In this document: one piece after another, positions 39,089 through 48,974 of the stretch | How positions within the stretch are numbered: position 1 is the first letter of the stretch | Layout of the letters: each line of letters begins with the position of its first letter | From: an uncultured Candidatus Saccharibacteria bacterium | Lineage (GTDB): Bacteria > Patescibacteriota > Minisyncoccia > Phycocordibacterales > UBA918 | Reading direction: 5' to 3' | Length of the DNA stretch: 64,000 bases | NCBI GenBank assembly: GCA_964350645.1 | Contig: CAYGJY010000002.1 | Location: 97,538-161,537, forward strand | The notes under the pieces: generated by a model | The model's input: the letters and a program-made list of their open reading frames with translations, nothing else | What the model was told of the DNA's origin: nothing | Database searches by the model: none | Translations under genes and position numbers: made by a program

Positions 39089-39133
39089 GTGACGACCCGA
39101 TCTGTTGTTACACAGATACTAGTGGGTCGCCAC
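39089..39133. other. Imperfect 45 bp palindrome immediately upstream of the lone Xer recombinase gene; candidate dif-like site
   Basis: gtgacgaccc gatctgt tgttac acagata ctagt gggtcgccac: outer 10 bp arms (1 mismatch) plus inner 7 bp arms around a 6 bp spacer. Confidence 0.25.
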
Positions 39134-39325
39134 GTTGTTGATGGGTCGATGTCGCAGATGGTGCTTTTCATTAGACCGTCTGCCCGGCAGTGTTGACCCC
39201 TTGAGCAACTTCCTCAACCGCTTCAGAGGCGTAGACTCTTGGATCGTAGAACACTGCCCAAAATTCCACTACCGTATCCGCCGGCCTTTGTTTTGCGACT
39301 CATGTAAAGTGCTACAATTATTACG

Positions 39326-40240
39326 ATGAAACTCAGTCAGTTACAACGCCAATTTATGGAGTACTTGGAGATTGAACGAGGTCGGAGCCTTAAGACTGTT
39401 GAGAACTATGATCGGTATTTGACGAAGTTTCTACAGTTTGCCAAGACTGATGATCCGAAGAAACTAACTGAAGATATGGTGCGCGAGTTTCGACTGTGGC
39501 TCAATCGACAAGATGGTACGAAGGTGGGCTCACGGATGGAACCAATGAAACGCCGTACGCAGAACTACTACTTGATTGCACTACGCGCTTTTTTGAAGTA
39601 TCTGCGTAAGCGTGACGTTGAGTCACTCAACCCTGAGCGGATTGAACTGGCGAAAGTCCCCGAACGTTCGCTTGATCTTATCTCTCCCCAAGAACTCGAT
39701 CGTCTCATGAAAGCGCCTGACCTTGGAACAATTCAAGGCTTGCGTGATCGAGCAATTTTGGAATTACTCTTTTCGACTGGCCTGCGTATCTCTGAGCTGA
39801 CTAACCTGTCAACTGATGATGTCGATTTGAGTCGCGACGAGTTCTCGGTGCGAGGGAAAGGAGACAAAATTCGGGTGGTGTTTCTTTCAGACACAGCTAA
39901 GGCAGCTATCAAAGCGTATCTCAAAGAGCGGAAGGATATGAGTGATGCACTTTTCGTGCAGTATGGGAAAAATGCCAAAGGGGCGAAAGACTTACGTCTT
40001 TCGCCCCGGGCGGTACAGCGTATGTTGAAAGCCTGTGCGATTCAAGCCGGTATCACCCGTAAGGTCACGCCACATGTGATTCGTCACAGCTTCGCCACTG
40101 ACTTACTCAGTAATGGCGCAGACTTGCGTTCGGTACAGGCTTTGCTTGGCCATGCCAATATCGGCACCACACAAGTCTACACCCACGTAACCGACAAGCA
40201 TTTGCGCGATGTCCATAAAAAATTCCACGGGAAGAAATAA
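39326..40240 (+). CDS. Tyrosine site-specific recombinase XerC/XerD family
   Basis: 304 aa; N-terminal core-binding domain; catalytic region ...VTPHVIRHSFATDLLSNGADLRSVQALLGHANIGTTQVYTHV. Extended -10 TGcTACAAT at 39310..39318 suggests a leaderless start. Confidence 0.85.
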   Translation: MKLSQLQRQFMEYLEIERGRSLKTVENYDRYLTKFLQFAKTDDPKKLTEDMVREFRLWLNRQDGTKVGSRMEPMKRRTQNYYLIALRAFLKYLRKRDVESLNPERIELAKVPERSLDLISPQELDRLMKAPDLGTIQGLRDRAILELLFSTGLRISELTNLSTDDVDLSRDEFSVRGKGDKIRVVFLSDTAKAAIKAYLKERKDMSDALFVQYGKNAKGAKDLRLSPRAVQRMLKACAIQAGITRKVTPHVIRHSFATDLLSNGADLRSVQALLGHANIGTTQVYTHVTDKHLRDVHKKFHGKK

Positions 40241-40248
40241 GAAAATCT

Positions 40249-41121
40249 ATGACGGGAACTATCTTTTTAATTGCGCTGATTCCGTTACTGTTGTTTGGGA
40301 TTGGTGACGCCATCGCTGCTATTCCAGGCCGACGTCTCTCACCCATCACCATGACATTTATCATGGACTGCTGTAGTTTTGTTCTGTTTGGTGTTTTGGG
40401 ATTTTTCTTTTGGCATCTGTATATCTTTGATCAGACGCTACTGTTTGCATTTCTGGCCGGTGTGGCTGGGTACACTGGATTTTTGATGTATGTGTACTCC
40501 CTACGTCTCGGTGATGTTGGAGTGACGGCAGCAATTGCAAACTCCTACCCACTGCTAACCCTCGTCTATGGGTATGTAGTATTACAGGAAGTGATCGCGC
40601 CCGGGCAACTAGTGGCTGTAGCTTTGATATTACTGGGTATCTTTGGCATCTCTACTCAATTTTCTCTACAAAGTTTTACGGATAACCGAATTAGGAACAC
40701 CAGTATTATTTTAGCTTTTGGTGCTGCACTGATGTGGGCAGCACACGTACTCTTAAGTAGTATTGCACTCGCAACTTTGCCTCCAATCCAAACTATTCAT
40801 TTTTCAGCTATTGGGTCATTTGTACTGGGGCTTGTGGTATTTAGTTTTAAACGAGGGCGACTGAACGAGCTATTGCAAGCCAGTAAAATCGATGTTGGCA
40901 CATCGATATTGACCAGCTTGCTGTATTTTAGCGGCATGTTTGCCCTGTACAGTGCTCTAAAATTTGGATCGGTGGGACTTGTGTCGACAGTAGCGGCGGC
41001 ATCACCATTTGTCTCTGCAGTGTTTGCGTATTGTTTTTTCAAGGAACAACTGTTGCGGGCTGAGTGGTTGGCGATTGCGATTGTAGTACTTGGACTGGTG
41101 GGGCTTGGAGTATCATTCTGA
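40249..41121 (+). CDS. EamA/DMT-family transporter
   Basis: 290 aa, 10 TM with two EamA-like repeats. Confidence 0.6.
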   Translation: MTGTIFLIALIPLLLFGIGDAIAAIPGRRLSPITMTFIMDCCSFVLFGVLGFFFWHLYIFDQTLLFAFLAGVAGYTGFLMYVYSLRLGDVGVTAAIANSYPLLTLVYGYVVLQEVIAPGQLVAVALILLGIFGISTQFSLQSFTDNRIRNTSIILAFGAALMWAAHVLLSSIALATLPPIQTIHFSAIGSFVLGLVVFSFKRGRLNELLQASKIDVGTSILTSLLYFSGMFALYSALKFGSVGLVSTVAAASPFVSAVFAYCFFKEQLLRAEWLAIAIVVLGLVGLGVSF

Positions 41122-41127
41122 AAGTAA

Positions 41128-41175
41128 AAACACAAAAGGCCGGCGAACAGAGCTCGCCGGCCTTTTGTGTTTTGA
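41128..41175. terminator. Bidirectional terminator
   Basis: aaaacacaaaaggccggcga-acagagc-tcgccggccttttgtgtttt, a 20 bp perfect stem. Confidence 0.75.
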
Positions 41176-41181
41176 GTAGTA

Positions 41182-42087
41182 CTACTCCCCTGCTTTGTAT
41201 TGTTCTAAGATTGCCATCGTACCAGCTAGGTTTCTCCCCCACTCGATACTGGCTGCAGCTTCCAACTCAACCGTGACAGCCGGGATACCGATTGACGCGA
41301 GCCATCCTTCTGCATCACCAGTGACTGGATAGGCAGTCCACAGTCCAGCTGCCTCATACCCAGAGGCTCCGGCATAGGTGTTCATAAGTACCGTTGTGCC
41401 CGGAAGAACTCCCTCACCGCACTCACTTTCAAATACAGCATTACCAATACTGTGCCAAAAGACAGCAGCAGTTGGTTGGTTTACAGCAACCCAGTCACGT
41501 AAGGCAGCTGCCTCTGGTTCAGAGAAAGCAGCGCTTCCCGCTGACACAACCGCGCCACGCCAAGTACTTTCTGGTGCCCATCTACAATCAAAGTTGCGGT
41601 TGAGGTCGACACCATTGGCGTTAAAGCGACCGTCGGCCAGTCGGGTGCTTGGGTCGGTGATGTCACTGATAGTGAATACACCATCTTTGCCAGTCACCAA
41701 AGCGGTTCCGTCTGGATTTAGGTTGGGAATAATCGTGACAGTTTGGTTGTCTGGAATTAATTCAGGATTTGTGATCAGATGGTCAATCATTTCGTAAGCG
41801 AGCAATGACGTGTTCCATTCATAGCCACCGTGTATTCCGCCGACAAAGAGAAGTGTCGTATCGCCGTCGCCAAATGAGTACGCCTCAATTGGTCGGCCAG
41901 TAACTGAGTTGCCGATAGTCGTGCTACTCATTGCGTAGACGACTAGCTCTGGCTCAGCTTCGACCTCTGGTTCAATAATCGCTGCAGGCTCGGGCACGGG
42001 CCAAAAGATCAAGGCTGTAATCAGACCGATGATGATGGCCGCACCACCAAAGACAATCGCTGCTTGGATTGTGGTGAAACGAAGCAT
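41182..42087 (-). CDS. M14-family zinc carboxypeptidase (MpaA/gamma-D-Glu-DAP peptidase-like), membrane-anchored
   Basis: 301 aa; N-terminal TM; FVGGIHGGYEWNT (HxxE Zn site), DLNRNFDC, VTVELE. Confidence 0.7.
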   Translation of the reverse strand: MLRFTTIQAAIVFGGAAIIIGLITALIFWPVPEPAAIIEPEVEAEPELVVYAMSSTTIGNSVTGRPIEAYSFGDGDTTLLFVGGIHGGYEWNTSLLAYEMIDHLITNPELIPDNQTVTIIPNLNPDGTALVTGKDGVFTISDITDPSTRLADGRFNANGVDLNRNFDCRWAPESTWRGAVVSAGSAAFSEPEAAALRDWVAVNQPTAAVFWHSIGNAVFESECGEGVLPGTTVLMNTYAGASGYEAAGLWTAYPVTGDAEGWLASIGIPAVTVELEAAASIEWGRNLAGTMAILEQYKAGE

Positions 42088-42093
42088 GGGTAA

Positions 42094-42978
42094 CTATTCA
42101 GCTGAAACAGATTGCAATACCGCTTCGAGGCCGGCTTTATTTTTGGCAAACTCACTACCGGTGTAGTCAGACAAGAGAACTCCGATGGCTGGTACGCCAA
42201 CTTTAGCCATCCAGTTGGTTGCGTCACCGCTGATCTTGTATGAATCAAACTCTTCATTAGCAGTGTAGCCAGACGCATCGGCATAGATACTAGTGAGAGC
42301 AGCTACATCAGCATCAAGTGCACCGCCACAGTTTGAGGCGTACACACCACCGTCTGCAGCGTAATACACTACAGCTGCAGCAATGGAATTAGCAGTTGCG
42401 TAGTCGCGCAGCGCTGCAGCTTCTGGTTCTGAGAAGGCCGCTGTCCCGCCGCTGACTGGGGTTGATCGCCAGACGCCTTCTGCGTCCCATTCACAATCAA
42501 AGTTACGGTTGAGGTCAACGTCGTCAGCATTCAAGCGAGCTGCTAAGGTATTGGCAGTGCCACGTGCGTCAGGGTTGAGGTTTGGGATAATGGTCACTTT
42601 TACATTCTCGGGTACGGTAATACTTCCAGCATCAAGAGCGGCCATGAGTTCTTCAGCGACAGTAACAGTGTTGGGAGCAAAAGCGCTATGGATTCCTCCG
42701 ACAACTAGGACTTCCCTGTCACCAGTACCAAAGTGATAGGCTGTGATGGTAGCTCCGTCAACTGATTGGCCAATGGCTACTTCAGTTTGTCGTTCGAGGA
42801 CTGAGAATGGGGTTGGCGGCTCAGCACCGTCACCAATGCCATTGTCTGGTTCTACTGGCATACGTTCAGTGTTTTCAGTATCGGTCGGGGTTGGCGCTTC
42901 TGCTTGGTCTGATAAGAGAAAGAATGCACCCGCACCAACGGCGAGGAGAGCGATGATTCCAATGATAATATTTTTCAT
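42094..42978 (-). CDS. M14-family zinc carboxypeptidase, tandem paralog
   Basis: 294 aa; VVGGIHSAFAPNT, DLNRNFDCEW, AFSEPEAAALRDY shared with its neighbour. Confidence 0.7.
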   Translation of the reverse strand: MKNIIIGIIALLAVGAGAFFLLSDQAEAPTPTDTENTERMPVEPDNGIGDGAEPPTPFSVLERQTEVAIGQSVDGATITAYHFGTGDREVLVVGGIHSAFAPNTVTVAEELMAALDAGSITVPENVKVTIIPNLNPDARGTANTLAARLNADDVDLNRNFDCEWDAEGVWRSTPVSGGTAAFSEPEAAALRDYATANSIAAAVVYYAADGGVYASNCGGALDADVAALTSIYADASGYTANEEFDSYKISGDATNWMAKVGVPAIGVLLSDYTGSEFAKNKAGLEAVLQSVSAE

Positions 42979-43068
42979 GGGTATAGATTTGTTACGGACA
43001 ATAATACTCCTAGTATATCTGACTAATGAAGGTTTGATAATTATGGCTTACTTGAGAGGTCTCTCAGC

Positions 43069-46000
43069 CTATTCTTGGGTTAAATATTCCTTATGATGTT
43101 TAGGAATGAAGTGTTTGAGACCGCCGATGTGTTGTGAGTATTCGATGGCATCGATGAAAGCGCGTGCTAGTTTTATGTCATTAATAAGAGTGATGCCCGC
43201 ATCGACTGATTTGCGACGGATGGCAAAGCCATCCGTCTTTTCCTTCCGATTACGCTTGTTATGAGTATTGATGACCAAATCAATCGTGCCGGATTCAATT
43301 AGTGAAATGGTGTGGGGCTCCCCTTCAGATAATTTGTTGATGCAAAGTGCTTGCACAGCATGCTCACCAAGGACACGACAAGTGCCGTGAGTTGCGTAGA
43401 TTGGAAGTTTAAGCGTGTTTAGTTTTTTGGCGTATTTTACAAACTCAAGTTTTTCTTCATCTTCCCCGAGTGAAATAAGAACTCCTTTTTTAGGTAGCGG
43501 ATTGCCGGCTGCGACAAAGGCGTGCAAAAAAGCTTCTTGTTTGGTGTCACCAAAAGCAGCGACTTCACCAGTTGAGGCCATCTCAACTCCTAAGGTTGGG
43601 TCAGCTCCTTTCAAACGAGAGAAAGAGAACTGTGGCACTTTGATCCCAACGTGATCGAGATCGATTGTGTGGTAACGGCCTGAGATATCGATCCCCAGAA
43701 AAGCCTGTGTCGCCAGGTCGATAAAGTTGTAACCGGTTACCTTGCTGACAAAGGGAAAAGAGCGACTGGCACGTAAGTTACACTCAATCACTTTGATGTT
43801 GTTATCTCGAGCGAGAAACTGAATATTGAATGGTCCGGTGATATTGAGTTCTTTGACGATTTTCTTAGCAGCCGTTTTTATTTGACGCATGGTTTCAACG
43901 TAGATTTGCTGGGGTGGCAACATCACTGAAGCATCGCCCGAGTGTACGCCAGCATTTTGAATGTGTTCACTGATAGCGTAAATCTGCAACTTGCCATTTT
44001 GGGCGACGCCGTCGATTTCAATTTCCTTGGCACCGTCTTCAAACTTAGAAACTACCACTGGGTGCTCTTTTGAAACATCGCCAGCTTTCTCAAGAAAGCC
44101 TTGAAGTTCACTTTCTGAATAACAAATGCGCATAGCAGCACCAGAGAGTACGTAGGAGGGTCGGACAATTACTGGATACCCTACTCGTTTAGCAAAATCG
44201 AAAGATGTTTTGGTTGAGGTTGACTCAGCCCAAAGTGGTTGATCGATCTCGAGTGTATCTAAGAGGGCTGAGAATTTATTGCGGTTCTCAGCACGGTCAA
44301 TGTCATCAGCATCAGTTCCCATGATCGGAATACCGGCCGCCTTAAGCTTGGTAGCGATATTGTTGGCCACTTGTCCACCCATGCTGATGACGACGCCGTC
44401 TGGTTTTTCAGCTTCGCAAATATCTCGGATGCGCTCGACACTAATCTCATCAAAATACAGGGAGTCGCACATGTCGTAGTCAGTTGAGACGGTCTCAGGG
44501 TTGTAGTTGAGCATGATGGTGCTATGGCCGAGTCGCGTCAGGGTTTTGACGACGTTCACACATGACCAGTCAAACTCAACTGATGAACCAATACAGTAGG
44601 GTCCCGAACCAATTACCATGATTTTTTGCTTCCCTTTTTTGGGGCTAGTCGGAGTGATATCGTGTTCGCTCGCTTGATAGGTGCTGTAGAGGTAGTTGGT
44701 TTTAGCTGGGAATTCAGCAGCGAGGGTGTCGATTTGTTTGATGGCTGGTAGTAGGTTTTGCTTGCGTCGCTTTTGGTAGACTTGCTCTTCAGTATGGCTA
44801 GTCAGTTCACTGATGCGGCGGTCAGAAAAACCAGTTTGTTTGGCTTCTAGTAAAAGTGTTGCTGAAAGTGTCTTAGCATTGGCTAACTTTTCCTTCACGA
44901 CATATATATGATGCAGTTTTTCCAAAAACCACCGATCAATCTTCGTGAGCTTATAAATATCTTCTACACTCATTCCTTCTTCAAATCCACGAGCAATCGC
45001 AAACATCCGTTTGTGGGTTGGTTCAGACAAAGCTTTTTTGAGGTTAGGTGCATTGTAGGTGAGATCGGTAAAGCCATCGGCACCAATCTGGAGACAGCGG
45101 ATTGCTTTTTGGATGGCTTCTTCGAAGTTACGACCAATCGCCATTACCTCTCCGACTGATTTCATTTCGGTGCCGATGCGCGCATCAACCGCGTCAAATT
45201 TTTCTAAGTCCCAACGTGGGTACTTCACTACTAAATAGTCGAGTGATGGTTCGAAAAAAGAATTGGTTTCTTTGGTGATGGCGTTTGGGATGTCTTTCAT
45301 CAGATAGCCAAGCCCGATCTTCGCTGCGACAAACGCGAGTGGATAGCCGGTGGCTTTTGAGGCCAAGGCTGAAGAGCGTGAGAGACGGGCATTGAGCTCG
45401 ATTACTTTGTATTGGCGTGAATGAGGATCTAAGGTGAACTGTACATTACACTCCCCGACAATCCCAAAGTGCCGCACGATTTTGAGTGCAGCAGAACGCA
45501 ACATGTGATACTCGTGGTTGTCTAAGGTTTGTGATGGTGAGACAACGATACTCTCGCCAGTGTGAATGCCGAGCGGGTCAAAGTTTTCCATGTTACAGAC
45601 CGCGATCGCGTTGTCGTCTTTATCACGCACGAGTTCATATTCAAGTTCTTTCCAGCCAGTCAGGTTTTCTTCGACCAACACTTGCGGTGAGTGAGAAAAC
45701 GCTTTATCTAAAATTGCTCCGAGTTCAGTCTCATTGTCTGCCCGACCAGAACCAAGTCCGCCAAGTGCAAAGGCAGCGCGGATCAAGACTGGATACCCCA
45801 TTTTCTCCACTGCCTTCATGGCAGCCGCTTTGTTACGACACGGAATACTCTTTGGAAATGGAATGCCGATCTTCTTTAGCTCAGCATTAAATTTCTTCCG
45901 ATCTTCCGTCGCGTCAATTACAGCGACTGGCGTGCCTAAGACAGTGACGTTATATTTTTTGAGAATACCCTTCTTCTCGAGTTCAATGCCACAATTGAGG

Positions 46001-46299
46001 GCGGTTTGTCCACCAAAAGAGAGAAAAATTCCTTCTGGTCTTTCTCGTTCAATAACCTTCGTTACATACTCAAGCGTGACCGGAAGAAAGTACACTTTGT
46101 CGGCGAAGTCGGGGTCAGTCTGGACGGTCGCGATGTTCGGGTTGATGACGACCCCTTCAATGCCTTCTTCTTTTAAGGCTTTGAGAGCTTGGCTACCCGA
46201 GTAATCAAACTCCCCCGCTTGGCCGATCCGTAAACCACCTGATCCCAAGACGAGCACTTTCTTGATGTTTTTTGGAATCGTGTAGGCGGTCTTTTGCAT
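43069..46299 (-). CDS. carB: Carbamoyl-phosphate synthase large subunit
   Basis: 1076 aa, duplicated ATP-grasp halves, MGS-like C-terminus. Confidence 0.95.
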   Translation of the reverse strand: MQKTAYTIPKNIKKVLVLGSGGLRIGQAGEFDYSGSQALKALKEEGIEGVVINPNIATVQTDPDFADKVYFLPVTLEYVTKVIERERPEGIFLSFGGQTALNCGIELEKKGILKKYNVTVLGTPVAVIDATEDRKKFNAELKKIGIPFPKSIPCRNKAAAMKAVEKMGYPVLIRAAFALGGLGSGRADNETELGAILDKAFSHSPQVLVEENLTGWKELEYELVRDKDDNAIAVCNMENFDPLGIHTGESIVVSPSQTLDNHEYHMLRSAALKIVRHFGIVGECNVQFTLDPHSRQYKVIELNARLSRSSALASKATGYPLAFVAAKIGLGYLMKDIPNAITKETNSFFEPSLDYLVVKYPRWDLEKFDAVDARIGTEMKSVGEVMAIGRNFEEAIQKAIRCLQIGADGFTDLTYNAPNLKKALSEPTHKRMFAIARGFEEGMSVEDIYKLTKIDRWFLEKLHHIYVVKEKLANAKTLSATLLLEAKQTGFSDRRISELTSHTEEQVYQKRRKQNLLPAIKQIDTLAAEFPAKTNYLYSTYQASEHDITPTSPKKGKQKIMVIGSGPYCIGSSVEFDWSCVNVVKTLTRLGHSTIMLNYNPETVSTDYDMCDSLYFDEISVERIRDICEAEKPDGVVISMGGQVANNIATKLKAAGIPIMGTDADDIDRAENRNKFSALLDTLEIDQPLWAESTSTKTSFDFAKRVGYPVIVRPSYVLSGAAMRICYSESELQGFLEKAGDVSKEHPVVVSKFEDGAKEIEIDGVAQNGKLQIYAISEHIQNAGVHSGDASVMLPPQQIYVETMRQIKTAAKKIVKELNITGPFNIQFLARDNNIKVIECNLRASRSFPFVSKVTGYNFIDLATQAFLGIDISGRYHTIDLDHVGIKVPQFSFSRLKGADPTLGVEMASTGEVAAFGDTKQEAFLHAFVAAGNPLPKKGVLISLGEDEEKLEFVKYAKKLNTLKLPIYATHGTCRVLGEHAVQALCINKLSEGEPHTISLIESGTIDLVINTHNKRNRKEKTDGFAIRRKSVDAGITLINDIKLARAFIDAIEYSQHIGGLKHFIPKHHKEYLTQE

Positions 46300-46303
46300 A
46301 AAA

Positions 46304-47443
46304 TTATTTGGCTAAGGAATCAATAAATGTTTGGAATAAATACTGAGCATCTTCTGGACCAGGGAAACTTTCTGGATGAAACTGCACAGCGCGAGCTGGT
46401 CGGTCAGTAAACTGCACGCCCTCGATTGATTCATCATGTAAATTGATGAACCACGGTTTGATGTTTTTCGGTAAGGTTTTTTCTTGCACCGCAAAACCGT
46501 GGTTTTGTGAGGTGATGATGCAGTGCTTGGTGTCGACATCCATGCAGGGCTGGTTTTGCCCGCGGTGTCCGTATGGTAGCTTGGCGGTTTTAGCACCACC
46601 GGCGAGTGAGAGGATTTGGTTCCCAAGGCAAATGCCAAAGATTGGTAGCTTCGCTTCAAGTGCTTTAGCTACTTCTTTGATCAGCGGTGTGTTCATCGCT
46701 GGGTTCCCTGGTCCGTTCGGGAGAAAGAGGGCGTCGAACCGGAGCACACCTGATTGTCGCTCCTCCATAAAGTGATAATCAGACGGCACACGGATGATGG
46801 TTGTATCAAACTTTAGCAGGTTACGGATGATATTGAGCTTCACGCCGGTGTCAGGGAGACAGATTCTAATGTTGCCGCTGCCGTACTCAGTCACTTCTTT
46901 GATTGAGACTTGGCTAACCAAATCTTCAGTGTCAGTATTGCGTACCCATTTTTGTTGAACGGTTTTACTTGGTAGTTTCCCCACATAGATTTTCCCTGGC
47001 ATTGCCCCAGTCTCCCGAATCTTTTGCACAATCGTTCGGGTATCAATCCCGCTGATGGCGGGTACCTGGTGTTCTTTGAGCCAGTCGCCAAGAGATTGTT
47101 CTTCAGTAAAGTGACTAGGGGTGTTTTGGTATTCGCTCACTACCAGTCCAGTGACATGAATCTCGTCTGATTCAAAGTATTCGCGGAGGCCAAACGCAGA
47201 AACGGCATTCCAATCAGGAATGCCGTAGGTGCCTTGGAGTGGATACGTCGTGACGAGGATTTGCCCACGGTACGACGGGTCGGTCAGTGTCTCTGGGTAA
47301 CCGGCCATGCCAGTGTTGAAAACTACCTCCCCCTCCACGCCATCCTTTGGAGAATAACCAAAGCTAGTACCCTCATAGGTTGTTCCGTCTTTCAGTACCA
47401 GCCAAGCGCGACTCATTAAGTCCCAAGTATAGCGTAGGGGCAA
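46304..47443 (-). CDS. carA: Carbamoyl-phosphate synthase small subunit (glutamine amidotransferase)
   Basis: 379 aa; GATase GICLGNQ, HPE. Confidence 0.9.
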   Translation of the reverse strand: MPLRYTWDLMSRAWLVLKDGTTYEGTSFGYSPKDGVEGEVVFNTGMAGYPETLTDPSYRGQILVTTYPLQGTYGIPDWNAVSAFGLREYFESDEIHVTGLVVSEYQNTPSHFTEEQSLGDWLKEHQVPAISGIDTRTIVQKIRETGAMPGKIYVGKLPSKTVQQKWVRNTDTEDLVSQVSIKEVTEYGSGNIRICLPDTGVKLNIIRNLLKFDTTIIRVPSDYHFMEERQSGVLRFDALFLPNGPGNPAMNTPLIKEVAKALEAKLPIFGICLGNQILSLAGGAKTAKLPYGHRGQNQPCMDVDTKHCIITSQNHGFAVQEKTLPKNIKPWFINLHDESIEGVQFTDRPARAVQFHPESFPGPEDAQYLFQTFIDSLAK

Positions 47444-47458
47444 AAAGATGCAAAATAT

Positions 47459-48847
47459 TTAATCTATATTCGGTAGGTGTACTGATATTACTGATGGTAC
47501 TGGCCTTCCCTTGCGCGACCACAAGTATTGGTGTTCACCCTCAGCGTCTAAAAGCCCCTGACCACTTTTATGTCGCTCATGTAAACGTAAATACTGGGTA
47601 TTTCCATTAGCTCCAATATCACCAGTTTTCGGGTCATTAACATAGGTGATACGGGAAGATTGACCTCCATCAAGGAACACAGCCCACTTTACATTTTTTG
47701 GTATATTTTTAGCTGCCTCATGAGGCGTGACCCCCTTCATATATTGAGATCGAGGTACTGCATCAAAAACAACAAAATGAAAAAAGCCATCGGTGTCCTC
47801 ATAAGCAATTGATCGAGCGTAGCGTTGGTTTGGTGAAAATGGTGGAAATGTACCTAATGATTGGTCATGGTTAATGTCATGGTCACTATTCTCCAAAAAA
47901 TGATGCACTGAAGGACCAACAGTAATAGCTGATGCTACGTCACTGAGTCTAACGTCATCAATAAATGTTGGTTCAACTACCGATCCAACTTTCACTAAAT
48001 GAGAATTTTGTTTGTTTGTCTGTAAAATAAATGTTCCCTTAAAAAAATCCGTTCCACCACCTTCATTAATTTCTGAAATGTAGAGTTCGCCGTTATCTGG
48101 GTTGACGCTTACTACAAGGTCGTCCACCCCTTCTCGAATAGGTGTTTGATTTAAGTCTTTGCGCAGGCGCCGAAGGCTCTTTTTATCCTTAGGATCATCA
48201 TAGGCAATAGTGCAGCAAGCTGAGTTAAAAAGAATTGTTGTATTACTGTCTGCATATTCCGAAATGTCTGTCCGTCTATGTGCAACAGCTTCCCCGCCAA
48301 CCCAGTCGATGTCATTGTTACATATTTGGATACTGCCTCTGGCAAGTAATTTTTTTGCTTGCAGTTTCCCGTCCAAATTAACCATGATCGCTTCGCGAGA
48401 AGCCGATGGTAGGCCAATAACTTTACCGTTTCTAATATTTAGGTTGTACATCAATTCTTGGGGAGCGTTTTCAGTTTTTTCATCTTCTAAATAAAAGAAA
48501 GGTCCGTTGATGACTGCTGCAGGCGTTCCGTACTGGATAGAGTTTCTGTTTTTTGGATGAAAAAGTCGATGCTGGTAGAAAAAATCAGTACCGGTAATAA
48601 TGTTTGCACGAGAATCGACCCCAAATTTGAGATCATATTTGTTGGCGAAATGGCCTTCGCCAAGTTCAATAGTCTCTTGGGTAAGTTCCAACCCAGGTTG
48701 TAATTCACGACTTTCGGCCTCAATTCTTTTTGCAAATGTTTCAGGATCCTTAATTAATTTTTCAGCTTCATCGTAACTTACCGCCTCACCTTCAGTGAGA
48801 TGTTTCATTGCCATTGTTAAGTTGGCGTCTTTGAGTATTTTCTCCAT
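47459..48847 (-). CDS. Hypothetical protein with C-terminal phosphodiester-glycosidase-like (DUF2233/NAGPA-like) region
   Basis: 462 aa; C-terminal ...AVFLDGGQSSRITYV... resembles the LDGGGSS motif of the NAGPA/DUF2233 family. A weak call. Confidence 0.3.
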   Translation of the reverse strand: MEKILKDANLTMAMKHLTEGEAVSYDEAEKLIKDPETFAKRIEAESRELQPGLELTQETIELGEGHFANKYDLKFGVDSRANIITGTDFFYQHRLFHPKNRNSIQYGTPAAVINGPFFYLEDEKTENAPQELMYNLNIRNGKVIGLPSASREAIMVNLDGKLQAKKLLARGSIQICNNDIDWVGGEAVAHRRTDISEYADSNTTILFNSACCTIAYDDPKDKKSLRRLRKDLNQTPIREGVDDLVVSVNPDNGELYISEINEGGGTDFFKGTFILQTNKQNSHLVKVGSVVEPTFIDDVRLSDVASAITVGPSVHHFLENSDHDINHDQSLGTFPPFSPNQRYARSIAYEDTDGFFHFVVFDAVPRSQYMKGVTPHEAAKNIPKNVKWAVFLDGGQSSRITYVNDPKTGDIGANGNTQYLRLHERHKSGQGLLDAEGEHQYLWSRKGRPVPSVISVHLPNID

Positions 48848-48974
48848 GTTTACATATATAGCACAGATTAAATGTTTACCTAAATAGGATTTGTTATCAG
48901 TATAGTTTATAAAACCGGTACCTCATGAGGAATGATTTCCTGAAACGTCATCAAACTTCTGTTATAGTATTTTA

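Noticed and set aside
39135-39329. 64 aa ORF upstream of xerC
   Set aside because: It overlaps the xerC promoter and extended -10, has no RBS, and is Cys/Arg-rich. Judged spurious.
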